Under the pieces are notes generated by a model. It was given only the letters and a program-made list of their open reading frames with translations, was not told where the DNA came from and made no database searches. A program made the position numbers and the translations under genes. Positions 19,933-30,346 of a DNA stretch of 64,000 nt are shown here, in pieces. The number at the start of each line of letters is the position of its first letter. Position 1 is the stretch's first letter. The stretch is from Promethearchaeota archaeon (GTDB taxonomy: Archaea > Asgardarchaeota > Heimdallarchaeia > Hodarchaeales > Hodarchaeaceae): NCBI GenBank assembly GCA_048938105.1, contig JBHLMN010000016.1, forward strand, positions 64,001 through 128,000, given 5' to 3'.

Positions 19933-22900
19933 ATGAGGAATGATATGAAGATGTGGAAGATTCCTAAGGCAGAATTGTTTCAAAAATTAAAAATGTTTAT
20001 GATTATCTTTCTATTTCTCATTTCATTTGTACTGAACACTCTCAATGCTAGTGCCCCCCTATTCTCTAATTGTATGTCCTCCTTAAATCGAAGTATGCCT
20101 TTAGAAAAGGAGATTGATTCTCAAGAAATTCAGAAAAATCCATCTAATTTAGAAATTAACAATTTAATGGTTAATGAAGAACAAATACAATATTATGTAG
20201 AGCAGAGTACTCAGTTCAATATAAAAAATCATCAAATGAAAGAAATGGCCTCAAATTCGTACACTAATGTTTCTATTAAGTCAAAAGTGATAAATTCATC
20301 ATTTCGGATTTTTTCGAATGGTAATAATGGCAGCAATAGATGGCAAAATGATATTGAACCTGATTATGGGGATGTTAACGCATCTACAATTTTTTCGGAG
20401 AATATCAACTTCTTTCGCTTAAATTTTTCTGAAAATGTTGAGACCCCTGCTTCAGGAATAACTAATACAGATTTTCTTGTTTCATCAAATCCAGACATTT
20501 TTAGTTATCCAACAATTATTTCCTTCGATTTCAGAATCCCATTTTTAACGTCAACTATCATAAATTCATCTCATACTTTGGGTTTAGAATTTAGGTTCAA
20601 CAATGGTTCAATAACCTTCATTTTATCAGATTTTGGGGGGAACCTTGGAGATATTCTTGAAGAAAATGTTACACGACCAAACGGGTCTGATTATCTCTAT
20701 ATCCTATGCAATGAAACACCACCCTTCAGTTGGAGACACATTTCACACAATATTACAAGATTAGTTAGTACCTACTTTACTCCAGAGGAGTACTACAAGT
20801 TTTCCTCTCTTGAAACTCTCTTCTGTTATATGATAACTTTCACCCCAGGTTACAAATTGACTCTAGACATAAACAACTTAGATTATTTTACCTTATTATC
20901 TCCCTGTCCTCCAATTAATTACACAATTGGAGAAACGATGATTTTTACTAGTAATGGTTCATTATCTTATAATTCAATGTTGGGAAACTTCACTTTTATT
21001 GCATATGAGGATTCTTCTTGGATTAATAATACATTAACATATTTAAAGGTAAATATTACACGAATAAAGAGCTTTAAAAGTTTTTCTTTTGCTAAAGATT
21101 GGAATGAAACCAAAGTTCGAATAAATTTGTACGTTGACATCCCTGATATCATTGAAGCTGTAACTTCTAGTTTTATTAACATTATTCTTCCCTCAGATTG
21201 GATTAATATCAATATTATTAATCAAAATATCAACTTTGAATTTACAAATCAAACTAGAATTCTGAATGAATACCTATTCGGAAACTTTTATCGTGCAGAC
21301 GTCTATGGAATACATTGGGGTATTATTGAAGCATGGTCACCAAATTATCTCACTAATATTGTAGTTCCCACTGATGTTAGCAGAAATGATGTTATCAAGG
21401 TTAGAGGTGATTTACATTATCCCTTATTAGGAAATATAAACTTGTATTATTTTAGTGAATCTTTCTTTTTTCACAAAAGTACACTTCCTATGATTAATTC
21501 TACATTTATCTTTCCTGAAATAACAATAACTGATGAATTTCCAACTGGGATCTTACAATTTACTCTCAATTGGTCAAACTCATGGGAGTATGGTATTTAT
21601 GAAAAACTCGTTTATGTTCATGAGGAAGTGAGTTCTTACTCAAACATTCTATTTAAAACATCTCAGAATGTTAATATTTATCGATTCGAACCATTATTAG
21701 TAAATTTAAGTCTAACGAAAAATGGAAACAAATATTTTTCTAATTCAACATTCGTTTTCTTAATCAAAGGAAAAGAATGTCTTTCTTTTTCCCCAACATC
21801 ACACAATGATTTCATTCTCAATGTTTCTCATATTATTTGGGATCCTGGAGACTATACTTTAAGTGTCATTGCATCTGATGGCGATCTATTCTTTGCAAAG
21901 GATGTGATGAATTTGACAGTTAAACCAGCTTCAATTTTTTGGAGTTTTGAAAACTTACAAACAACTTTGTTAAAAAATGAGAGTATTTGTTTTCGACTCT
22001 ATTCTTATATCCATCCTCAAGGAGAAGAATACTTCCAAACCTTATCTGGCCTCAAGATTAGGATTTGGATCAATGATACAGTAATTTCTAATTACGAAAC
22101 AAATTCAAAAGGATTTTCTGATATTGACTTCGATTTTAAATACTCGTCTTCTATGGAATTCCTTCAAGTCGCAGTAGAGGGAATGGTAGAGGGAGAAGTG
22201 TTTAAAATGCAAACACTACTATATTATATCTCAAATGAGACAACCGTAGATGGTGGAGACAGAGCTTATATGCATGAAATAATGAGATCACCTATTAAGG
22301 CAAATGAAACCTTTTTTATTTATTATAACATTGAATACTCAAACAATAATTCTAATTGGTTTGTTCCTATCGAATCATATACTGATTTAGTATTAGCCGC
22401 GTATATTTTACGAGATAATTATGTTATTGGCACCAGTATTGAAAATCACATGTTAATCTGGACACTAGAAGCGAATCAATCTATAAATGATATATTGGTA
22501 ATTGAATTACCAAGCCCATCTGTATTAGTCATAAAGGAAGTGTTATCGAAAAAATTCAGAATTAAATTGGAAGCTTATTCCGAAATAACAGTTAATAATT
22601 ATTCAATTGAAATTGATCTTAAATTCTTAGGATTTCCCTTTACCAATATTTCTCTCTTAGATTCATTGAATCGCGATATAACTCATCTGTTTAAAATAAC
22701 CAGTTCAAGCTCAATTGTTTCGATATATCAACTTAATATAATAAGCGAGCTCAAAATGTCTTATTTTTTGAGAGGAGATCTTCAGGAAATTGAAATTAAA
22801 ATTAGAAACCCTTTTCAGTCATCATATGCTTATAATGAAAGCATTCGGGGTAGTTGGGAAATCAAAACACCAATCAACTATTCTTATGTAGTTTTGTACA

Positions 22901-23490
22901 CAATATGGGATTTAGGATCTTGGGAATGTTATAATACTTCTCTTGAAACCTTTTCAAATGCATCAAGTGTTATTACGGCTTTCCTGCCTCTCCAAAGATG
23001 GAACACTTCAATATCTATTCAATTAAGAATGAAATACTTCAATGATCTAATAATAGCTAGTCCGTTGCAAAATTTCACAATCAGTGACGATTTTGCACCA
23101 GTATTAGATTATTCTATTGAGGCAAAGATTGATGTTATTCGAATACATGCCTTTGTTTACGAACCCGAAAGGGCTTCAGGTATCAAGAATGTCTCTTTAA
23201 CATTGAAAGATCAGAGTAACACTGCTAATTCCATTTCCGTAAATCATTATGTTTTTGACATCCCATTTAAAACTATTAATTCCTATTTTATTATGATAAT
23301 TGTGTTTGATTGGGCTGGAAATGAGAGATCATCTGAATTTATAGATATTAAAGAAATGATTCCAGGTTCTTCTTCTCTATCAAGCTTGATTATGTCTCAA
23401 TTTTTCTTTCCAACACTTTTTTCTATTGGAATAATGGGCGGTATTTTTATTGCTCGAATAATTAGGAAGAGGCGAACTTCAATTCTTTGA
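19933..23490 (+). CDS. large exported, C-terminally membrane-anchored protein (probable glycoprotein)
   Basis: N-terminal signal-like hydrophobic segment, beta-rich body with many N-x-S/T sequons, C-terminal TM helix plus RKRR. Confidence 0.75.
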   Translation: MRNDMKMWKIPKAELFQKLKMFMIIFLFLISFVLNTLNASAPLFSNCMSSLNRSMPLEKEIDSQEIQKNPSNLEINNLMVNEEQIQYYVEQSTQFNIKNHQMKEMASNSYTNVSIKSKVINSSFRIFSNGNNGSNRWQNDIEPDYGDVNASTIFSENINFFRLNFSENVETPASGITNTDFLVSSNPDIFSYPTIISFDFRIPFLTSTIINSSHTLGLEFRFNNGSITFILSDFGGNLGDILEENVTRPNGSDYLYILCNETPPFSWRHISHNITRLVSTYFTPEEYYKFSSLETLFCYMITFTPGYKLTLDINNLDYFTLLSPCPPINYTIGETMIFTSNGSLSYNSMLGNFTFIAYEDSSWINNTLTYLKVNITRIKSFKSFSFAKDWNETKVRINLYVDIPDIIEAVTSSFINIILPSDWININIINQNINFEFTNQTRILNEYLFGNFYRADVYGIHWGIIEAWSPNYLTNIVVPTDVSRNDVIKVRGDLHYPLLGNINLYYFSESFFFHKSTLPMINSTFIFPEITITDEFPTGILQFTLNWSNSWEYGIYEKLVYVHEEVSSYSNILFKTSQNVNIYRFEPLLVNLSLTKNGNKYFSNSTFVFLIKGKECLSFSPTSHNDFILNVSHIIWDPGDYTLSVIASDGDLFFAKDVMNLTVKPASIFWSFENLQTTLLKNESICFRLYSYIHPQGEEYFQTLSGLKIRIWINDTVISNYETNSKGFSDIDFDFKYSSSMEFLQVAVEGMVEGEVFKMQTLLYYISNETTVDGGDRAYMHEIMRSPIKANETFFIYYNIEYSNNNSNWFVPIESYTDLVLAAYILRDNYVIGTSIENHMLIWTLEANQSINDILVIELPSPSVLVIKEVLSKKFRIKLEAYSEITVNNYSIEIDLKFLGFPFTNISLLDSLNRDITHLFKITSSSSIVSIYQLNIISELKMSYFLRGDLQEIEIKIRNPFQSSYAYNESIRGSWEIKTPINYSYVVLYTIWDLGSWECYNTSLETFSNASSVITAFLPLQRWNTSISIQLRMKYFNDLIIASPLQNFTISDDFAPVLDYSIEAKIDVIRIHAFVYEPERASGIKNVSLTLKDQSNTANSISVNHYVFDIPFKTINSYFIMIIVFDWAGNERSSEFIDIKEMIPGSSSLSSLIMSQFFFPTLFSIGIMGGIFIARIIRKRRTSIL

Positions 23491-23500
23491 GCTGAAAACC

Positions 23501-24955
23501 GTGAATCATGATATCTTGATAGAAAAATTAAAGATTTTTATGATAGTCTTAATTTCACTTGTCATACTAATCATTATTGAAAGATTACTTATTTCAAACG
23601 ATTATACAAGTATCCTTCAAAACATTGCACAATCACCTTCTAATATGGCACGATATTTTCCAATTACTATTCTGTTGTACCTTTTAACAAAAGAAATAAT
23701 TTTCTCCTCCAAGCAAAATGATCCTCTGCTGAAGTTTTCAGTGATACAAAAAGGATTAGTTTTTATTCAAAATTTTAACATGTATCTTGCTTTATTCGAA
23801 ACTTTTTCTGTTGGAAAAATTCAGACAAGTGAATTAAAACAATTGAAGCATCTAAAGGCATTCTCATTAGAATTAGATACAAGTAAAGCATGTGCTAGAG
23901 TTTTTCTTTATTCAAAATCTTATAAAGAGTTAAAAAAACGAATTAAGAAATCAATGCCAATTCTAGAGGTTGTCTTACCTGATATAAAATTCATATCCAA
24001 GGATAATATTACTAGATTCTTGGGTGAAAACAAATTGTTAAAGGTTAGAAAAAAATTTCTTTTAGAAGAAAATTCAGAGTTAATTTTACCTAAATCTCTA
24101 AATCTTGATACCAAACTTTCTCCCACCGTTTCTAGAATGATTCTAGCTTGCATTTTTCCAGAAGAAATGAGTATTGAAGAAAGCACTGATGAAAAGAAAA
24201 TGGTACAATGTTACTTATTTCATTCTTACAGCACAAATTCCTTCTTTAAATATATGAATAATATGCTCTTCAATACTCCGAAAAAAAAAGGGGATTATTT
24301 TTGGGATATTCGTGAACTACAGAGAATGAGATTAAAATATCAGACAGAAGAAATATCAAAGATTAATCTTCAAAAAGGGCTCCATCATTTTAAAGAAGGT
24401 TTATCTATGGTCTTATCAGAACTAAAACAAGTAATTATACAAGAACAGCAAATTAATTACTCCCCTATTAAATTATCAAGTGAATTAAAATCAAAAAATC
24501 TTTTGAGTTCAGGAAAAACTATTAAATCCCTTGAAATGAATCAGATCTGTTCTGAATTATGTAACATTCCAGGAAATATTAGCTTTTTACAAGAAGAAAA
24601 GGAAAGGAAATGTCAACAAAGAGTAAGTTTTTGTCGAAAACTATTGACAAATGACAATTTCTCTTCGATATTAGAGATCATTTTAGATCAGAAGTATGAA
24701 AAAGATCAAATTCGTCTTTTTACAGAATTAAAAAGTCATTTTTCTCATCAACAACTTATTTGTGTTTTAGCTCATCTATCTCAATCAAATTCCTTAGAAA
24801 TTCCTTATCATAAGATCATCAATATGATCTATATCCTTTTGAAATTAAATTACAAGGCACAAGGAAGTCTTAATGCAAACAAAAGACATCAATCTTCAAA
24901 TTTTTTTAAGGATGAAAAATTCAAACAGATTTCTTTATCTTTGGCAAAAAAATAA
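23501..24955 (+). CDS. hypothetical membrane-anchored protein
   Basis: 484-aa ORF with two N-terminal hydrophobic segments, 10 nt after the previous gene. Confidence 0.65.
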   Translation: MNHDILIEKLKIFMIVLISLVILIIIERLLISNDYTSILQNIAQSPSNMARYFPITILLYLLTKEIIFSSKQNDPLLKFSVIQKGLVFIQNFNMYLALFETFSVGKIQTSELKQLKHLKAFSLELDTSKACARVFLYSKSYKELKKRIKKSMPILEVVLPDIKFISKDNITRFLGENKLLKVRKKFLLEENSELILPKSLNLDTKLSPTVSRMILACIFPEEMSIEESTDEKKMVQCYLFHSYSTNSFFKYMNNMLFNTPKKKGDYFWDIRELQRMRLKYQTEEISKINLQKGLHHFKEGLSMVLSELKQVIIQEQQINYSPIKLSSELKSKNLLSSGKTIKSLEMNQICSELCNIPGNISFLQEEKERKCQQRVSFCRKLLTNDNFSSILEIILDQKYEKDQIRLFTELKSHFSHQQLICVLAHLSQSNSLEIPYHKIINMIYILLKLNYKAQGSLNANKRHQSSNFFKDEKFKQISLSLAKK

Positions 24956-25013
24956 AGATGAGCTTACTTGAATTTGATCCTGTTATTAATTTCTCAATAA
25001 AAAACTATGGTAG

Positions 25014-25121
25014 TGGGCCCACCCGGATTTGAACCGGGGATCTCTCGGTTATCAGCATCGCCCGCTCTGATGAATACCCTTCAGAACGCCGAGCGCTTTA
25101 ACCAGGCTAAGCCATGGGCCC
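25014..25121 (-). tRNA. tRNA-Ile(GAT) with 33-nt intron at 30/31 (25057-25089)
   Basis: GGGCCCA/TGGGCCC acceptor, CTCGG-CTGATAA-CCGAG after splicing, TTCAAAT T-loop; strict BHB (CGCU/GGCG helix, CG|G and AU|G bulges). Confidence 0.92.
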
Positions 25122-25181
25122 TTTTTTAAGAGGAAAAAAGGTAAGAATATCACTCGGTCTACCTTAAATAAATCTTATGGA

Positions 25182-25583
25182 TTATCTATAGCTTTTAGTA
25201 TATTTTGCTCGTGCTCCTGGTCCACCAAAATGTTTAGGCTCACGTCGTCGGGGGTCGCCTACTATCATGTGACGGTCATATTCGATGAATTTAACTCGCA
25301 ATTCTTCAGAATCAATCCAAGCTAAAAGAGCTCGCGCAATTGCAGTTCTTGCTGCATCAGCCTGTCCCATGTACCCTCCACCCTTGACTTTAACCTTGAT
25401 ATCTACACCTTGTTTTGTCTTTTCATCGATAAAATAGAATGGTTCCATTAACTTCATCCGTACAATTTCTGGCTCAATGATCTCTATTGGTTTTCCATTT
25501 ATTAGTATTCTACCTGTTCCTTCTTTAATTATGGCACGTGCGATAGCGGTACGTCGTTTTCCACTTCGTAATAGACTTTTCAT
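25182..25583 (-). CDS. rps9: 30S ribosomal protein uS9
   Basis: SGKRRTAIARA, GGGYMGQADA, GPGARAKYTKSYR. Confidence 0.97.
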   Translation of the reverse strand: MKSLLRSGKRRTAIARAIIKEGTGRILINGKPIEIIEPEIVRMKLMEPFYFIDEKTKQGVDIKVKVKGGGYMGQADAARTAIARALLAWIDSEELRVKFIEYDRHMIVGDPRRREPKHFGGPGARAKYTKSYR

Positions 25584-25594
25584 TATTTGTACCT

Positions 25595-26029
25595 TCAGAT
25601 TTTTGATTTTAATTCATCAAGTGAGAGATAAGCCGCTTTTGGATTAATTCCTTGTGTTTCTGGAATGACTTCGATATCTTTTTCTTTTAATTGCTCAGGA
25701 AAGTTTTTATATACAATCAGACGATGATAGGCCTCTTTTCCTGTGCTTTTATGATATGGAAGCATGCCACGGATCGTTCGTTTTAAAATCTGGTCAGTTT
25801 CTCTAGGGTAAAAAGGACCTTTTAAAGGATTTGACTTTGTTTTGAGTTGCCTTCTTTGTAAATATTTTGCAGCAATAAAATCTTTTTTACCTGAAATCAA
25901 CCCCTTGTCTGCATTAACGACAATGATTTTTTCGCCATTTAGTAATCGTTTTGCGATAATACTAGCTAATCGACCAAGAATTGAATTCTCTGCATTTATA
26001 ATTTTGGTCTCATCTGAGGTTTCTAGCAT
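25595..26029 (-). CDS. rpl13: 50S ribosomal protein uL13
   Basis: ILGRLAS, KGPFYPR, IRGMLP. Confidence 0.97.
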   Translation of the reverse strand: MLETSDETKIINAENSILGRLASIIAKRLLNGEKIIVVNADKGLISGKKDFIAAKYLQRRQLKTKSNPLKGPFYPRETDQILKRTIRGMLPYHKSTGKEAYHRLIVYKNFPEQLKEKDIEVIPETQGINPKAAYLSLDELKSKI

Positions 26030-26051
26030 TGTTATTTTCCTCTCATCTCCA

Positions 26052-26414
26052 TTATTTGATTAATCGAACTTGGGATCCTTTAGGATTCTTTTCCACTAGT
26101 TCTTCAATAGTTAAACATTGACCTCCAGCATTCTTAATTTTCATTTGAGCTAATTTTGAAAATGATTCTGCAGCGACATTAAGTCGATGATTTAACGATC
26201 CAGTACCGAGGACCTTCCCTGGGATCAACAATGTGTCTCCTGGAGAAGAAACTCGATTTATCCGGGATATATTAACTGCAACACGCATTCTATTCGGTTT
26301 AGACATTTCAGATGCTAACAATGCCCAGATTTTTGTTTTGTTTTTATTGGCAGCTCCCATTAAAATTCTGATCAAAGCAATCTTATTAGGATCTGTTCTT
26401 CCTTTAGTTTTCAA
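26052..26414 (-). CDS. rpl18e: 50S ribosomal protein eL18
   Basis: VNISRINR, PGKVLGTG, NPKGS; TTG start at 26414 after GAGG preferred. Confidence 0.95.
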   Translation of the reverse strand: MKTKGRTDPNKIALIRILMGAANKNKTKIWALLASEMSKPNRMRVAVNISRINRVSSPGDTLLIPGKVLGTGSLNHRLNVAAESFSKLAQMKIKNAGGQCLTIEELVEKNPKGSQVRLIK

Positions 26415-26427
26415 TTGAGTTCCTCTT

Positions 26428-27228
26428 TTAAAATTCTTCAACAAGAATGTTAAATTCTTTTGCTTTTTCTTTCAAGAGTTTTAGAGCTTCTATCAAAATA
26501 TTTTTGATTGTAAGTGCCCCAGTACTTTCTATGATAAAAACAAAATCTCTACCAGTTGTGGATACAGTAACAGCATCAAGTTCACAAACTTCAACACATT
26601 GATTGCATAAACTACAATTTATCACATTAACAGCTATTATTTCGTCATTTTCGATTTTGATGATATCTCGGGGGCAAACCCCAACGCAGTCTCCACAAAA
26701 AGTACAGTTATCTAAATTGAATTCAACACATGGATAGTATTTATAAGAAACTGATGAAATTGGTTGCCATTTTGCATGATCCAGACCTCTTCCAAGTCTA
26801 GCTATAGCTTCAAGAAATATTTTTTGATCTTTAGCCATTTTAAGAATTGGAATATTAGGGTGGACTGGAACTATTTTAGAATCTTGAGATAGTAGATCAT
26901 TTGAAAACACTACTTCTATGTCTTTTTCGCCATTTTTTTCTAATGTTAAAGATACCTCGCAGGAGGTACAACCTTGTCCTCCACAGGAACATAATTCTGG
27001 CCTAACATAGTTTTCTAGATCAGTTTTCAGAGGAATTAATCCTAAACGGTGGGCTACTATTTCATCATAAAGAGGTGTAGTGTTTTCTATAATGATTACT
27101 TCATCAATAGCCATTGTGGGAACTTCACTTAGGATCATTCTTCGAATAGTATTAGCGAATGTTGGGGTTACATCAGAGAGGATAAACTTAACATAATTTT
27201 CTTGTCGTTCGACAATCTCCAGTTCCAA
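26428..27228 (-). CDS. rpo3: RNA polymerase subunit Rpo3 (D) with ferredoxin-like Fe-S domain
   Basis: FANTIRR, AHRLGLIPL, HAKWQP; CTFCGDCVGVCP and CSLCNQCVEVC. Confidence 0.96.
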   Translation of the reverse strand: MELEIVERQENYVKFILSDVTPTFANTIRRMILSEVPTMAIDEVIIIENTTPLYDEIVAHRLGLIPLKTDLENYVRPELCSCGGQGCTSCEVSLTLEKNGEKDIEVVFSNDLLSQDSKIVPVHPNIPILKMAKDQKIFLEAIARLGRGLDHAKWQPISSVSYKYYPCVEFNLDNCTFCGDCVGVCPRDIIKIENDEIIAVNVINCSLCNQCVEVCELDAVTVSTTGRDFVFIIESTGALTIKNILIEALKLLKEKAKEFNILVEEF

Positions 27229-27707
27229 ATATATACTACCGCCTTTTATTGGATCATTGTATTTTAGAACCTAACACGAGAACCAATGAAAAAAAAAGGA
27301 ATTTCATCTTCTTCTCTCTATTGGCTACTCGTAGTGATGTATTTTGTTTGTTATGGCCACAATTGAGTTGGCTTTAAATTTTTTTTCTAAATCTGGTTTC
27401 TTTTCAGAAGAAATATTGAATAAAACCTTTCAAGAAGATTGATAATCCATTTAGTGACAATTATGGCTACAGGATAAAAAAATAGGGTGATAAATTAAAT
27501 ATTTTTATTTGATTTTATCATATTTTTGGAAGATTTCAATAAAAAAAACCAAAATCGTACATATTTGATTTATAACTCAATCCAAAATTCGTACAATAAA
27601 CTTCAAGCTCCATTCTTATGAGCGTATTAAAACTCTAAATCAGAGAAATTGGGAGATTAAAAAAGACTAGAGGATTCATTTAATGGATTCAAATTTGGTG
27701 TTTTCTT

Positions 27708-27986
27708 TTGGAAATAATAATCCTTAGCCAATGGAATGAATATATTCGTGGATGGCAACTTTTAATCGAATCTGGAGATCAGATTTTTTGGACAATCCTA
27801 ATTTTTGTCGCTTGGGTAGTTCGAGCAATTTCTTTAACAATGATCCTCATACAACTTGGAGATCGATTAATCCGTAAGCCAAAAAATTTTGAGTTTAATC
27901 TTTTAGTTACGGGTATTGTATTCATTTTAGTAACAGTTCCTTTTTTTCTGGCAGGTTTACCTTTAATTTATCCTTTTATTCCATAA
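27708..27986 (+). CDS. small membrane protein
   Basis: 92 aa with two hydrophobic segments; GGTG upstream. Confidence 0.5.
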   Translation: MEIIILSQWNEYIRGWQLLIESGDQIFWTILIFVAWVVRAISLTMILIQLGDRLIRKPKNFEFNLLVTGIVFILVTVPFFLAGLPLIYPFIP

Positions 27987-28878
27987 AATTGAGAGGATTT
28001 TTATTCAAAGGTGAAAAATTAACCAATATCTCATTAAATTGTTCAAAAAGGTCTAGAATTTCATTTGGTGAAAGGCTAGCAGGATGGTTGCTTCGATATT
28101 CAAGCTTGTCAAGTTCACGTTTAAAAAACCTTCTAAGCTCCTTTGGGTAATGTTTCGCATAAATCTGTAGGTTATTTCTAACTTTTTTATGCTTTCGACA
28201 GAATAAATTTGTTAGAAAAATGAAAAAGTCTTTATTCCTTATAATTTCTGGAGGTTCCAATTTGGTTCCATGAACAAGACTTGAATGAACGTGAGGCCGA
28301 GGAGTAAAGAAGTGAGGTGGAAAAGTTTGTAATATCTCAAATTTATAGAAAAATGAAGAATAAACAGAGATTCGACTATAATCAGGATCTCCTGGTTTTG
28401 CACATAGATGATTTGCGAATTCACTTTGTAAAGTAACAGCGATTAAATCTGGCCGATTTTTGCTTTGGGTGATTTTTTTGATAAAAGGTGATGAAATACC
28501 ATAAGGAAGATTTGAAATTAGTTTTTGATGATAAGGAAGTTCTAATTTGAGGAAATCCCCTGATATAACTTCTAATTTTTCATTATAATCAATAAATTCT
28601 TTTTTAATAATGGTAGAGAGAATAGGATCTAACTCATATGAAAAAACTTTCTGACAACTTTGAAGAAGGAAATAAGTCAAGGTTCCAATTCCACTACCAA
28701 CTTCAACAATTATATCTTTCTGATTCAAAGCTATCTCTGAAAGGAGGGCATCAATAACCGATTTTTCAATAACGAAATTTTGACCCCAAGATTTTTTAGG
28801 AGAAATAGCATAATTCTGAATTAGAGATTTTGTATACTTTTTCAGATTCCCTTTTTCAAGAAGGTGGAAGAAGCTCAA
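27976..28878 (-). CDS. rsmA: 16S rRNA adenine dimethyltransferase KsgA/Dim1
   Basis: GQNFV, EVGSGIGTLT, ISNLPYGISS; follows DUF655. Confidence 0.93.
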   Translation of the reverse strand: MSFFHLLEKGNLKKYTKSLIQNYAISPKKSWGQNFVIEKSVIDALLSEIALNQKDIIVEVGSGIGTLTYFLLQSCQKVFSYELDPILSTIIKKEFIDYNEKLEVISGDFLKLELPYHQKLISNLPYGISSPFIKKITQSKNRPDLIAVTLQSEFANHLCAKPGDPDYSRISVYSSFFYKFEILQTFPPHFFTPRPHVHSSLVHGTKLEPPEIIRNKDFFIFLTNLFCRKHKKVRNNLQIYAKHYPKELRRFFKRELDKLEYRSNHPASLSPNEILDLFEQFNEILVNFSPLNKNPLNFME

Positions 28879-28889
28879 TCTTAATCATG

Positions 28890-29492
28890 TTAAATCGGTT
28901 TTTTGGTAAATAAATAATATTTTGGTTCCCCTTCAAGCTCTAATAAAATTCGGTTTGTAAAAATTAACGCTGGATCTGAAATACCAGTCCTTTTAGTGAA
29001 ATCACTAAAAGACGAGAATAAATTGTGTTTTCTGGCCTCTAGAATTGACCACAACCTTTTCTGGCCTATACCTGGTAATAGCTGGATTTGATGCATTTGG
29101 GTAGTTAATGGCTGTGCTTGATTGAAGAAAGCTACAAAACGAGATTCGAAACTAGCTACAATATCTTTTATTACAACTGGTAGAATTTCCAGAGCAGAAC
29201 TAGAAAGTTGATTATAACTTAGTTTGTTTAACCTTAGAATTTTCTTGTTAGTAGACGATAACAATAATCTATCGCCTACAGAAATTTCTGATCTGCTAGT
29301 TAAAATAACATCAAAAAATTGGAACCCTTCAACTGTGACGACAACTGCTAGTGGATTATAATCTTCAGAACGCCTGTGACTTAATGATTTTCCCTGTGGA
29401 TAAAAATCTAATACAACACTCTCTCCTCTGTAAACAAATTGTGGTTTTAATTTCTTTTTTTCTCGTTTTCGCTGTTGATCTCTTCTTTTCAT
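28890..29492 (-). CDS. DUF655 putative RNA-binding protein
   Basis: VLDFYPQG, FFNQAQPLTTQMHQIQLLPGIG (HhH), KYYLFT; conserved neighbour of ksgA. Confidence 0.88.
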   Translation of the reverse strand: MKRRDQQRKREKKKLKPQFVYRGESVVLDFYPQGKSLSHRRSEDYNPLAVVVTVEGFQFFDVILTSRSEISVGDRLLLSSTNKKILRLNKLSYNQLSSSALEILPVVIKDIVASFESRFVAFFNQAQPLTTQMHQIQLLPGIGQKRLWSILEARKHNLFSSFSDFTKRTGISDPALIFTNRILLELEGEPKYYLFTKKPI

Positions 29493-30346
29493 TAATTAGA
29501 TTCCTCAGATAAACAAGCAGGAAATTAATTTCCTCTTACTCTAATACTTTTAAAGAATTGTTGTATATATAATTATCAAAAATCTTCTTCAAGCAAGTTT
29601 GTAATCAATTATCTTCAATTAACATTGCTGGCTTAAACTTATAAAACACAAGTTAACCTCTCACGTTACATTAGGTCGATTGATGGACATTCAAAGCAAG
29701 AAAAACATTTTTACAGGTGATAATTCTCCTTTAGGCTTTGTTTTATGTATATCTTAAACTGTCTTTTTCTTCAGGATTTGAAGGGTAATTTCCCTTGAAA
29801 CTTCTTCCAAGGGGGATACGAGGAAAAGATTTGGAGTTTTGTAATAAAATCCTTAAAAGAGGTCTTGAGAGATCCAAATTTTATAGTAATTAAGTTTAAA
29901 ATCCTTGGTACTTTGCTTTTATACTTTATTTTTAATATTCCTATAGTGACTGAAATCAATGACTTCTTTGCGGATTCTTTTATGTATGGTGATAAATCAG
30001 TCAAGTTTGAACGATATAGGAAAATAATAATAGACAAAAAAAGGCTGATTAAGGTAAATATCATATCTTCATTCTACTGTTATACCTCTAAAGGCTTTTC
30101 TATTCTAATCAAGCTTTTAATAAACTAAAATTATATTCTCTCTTTGGTGAGGTTGAGCTAGTTTAGAATTCTCTTCGTTTTTCGCTTAAAACAACTTCTC
30201 ACACCTTTAATGTAATGAAACCTGAATTTAATTGTTTCAAAAAAAACGGTTTTTAATTCTCTTTTCTTATTGACTTAATACTCATTTTTATCCAAGTCTC
30301 TCTTTCTGTCTTTTACTTAGATATAAGATTAATATCTAATTTTTCG

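Noticed and set aside
29771-30128. Two overlapping opposite-strand ORFs of 87-97 aa
   Set aside because: Low-complexity I/K/F-rich translations typical of AT-rich non-coding DNA; no similarity to the expected rpo4
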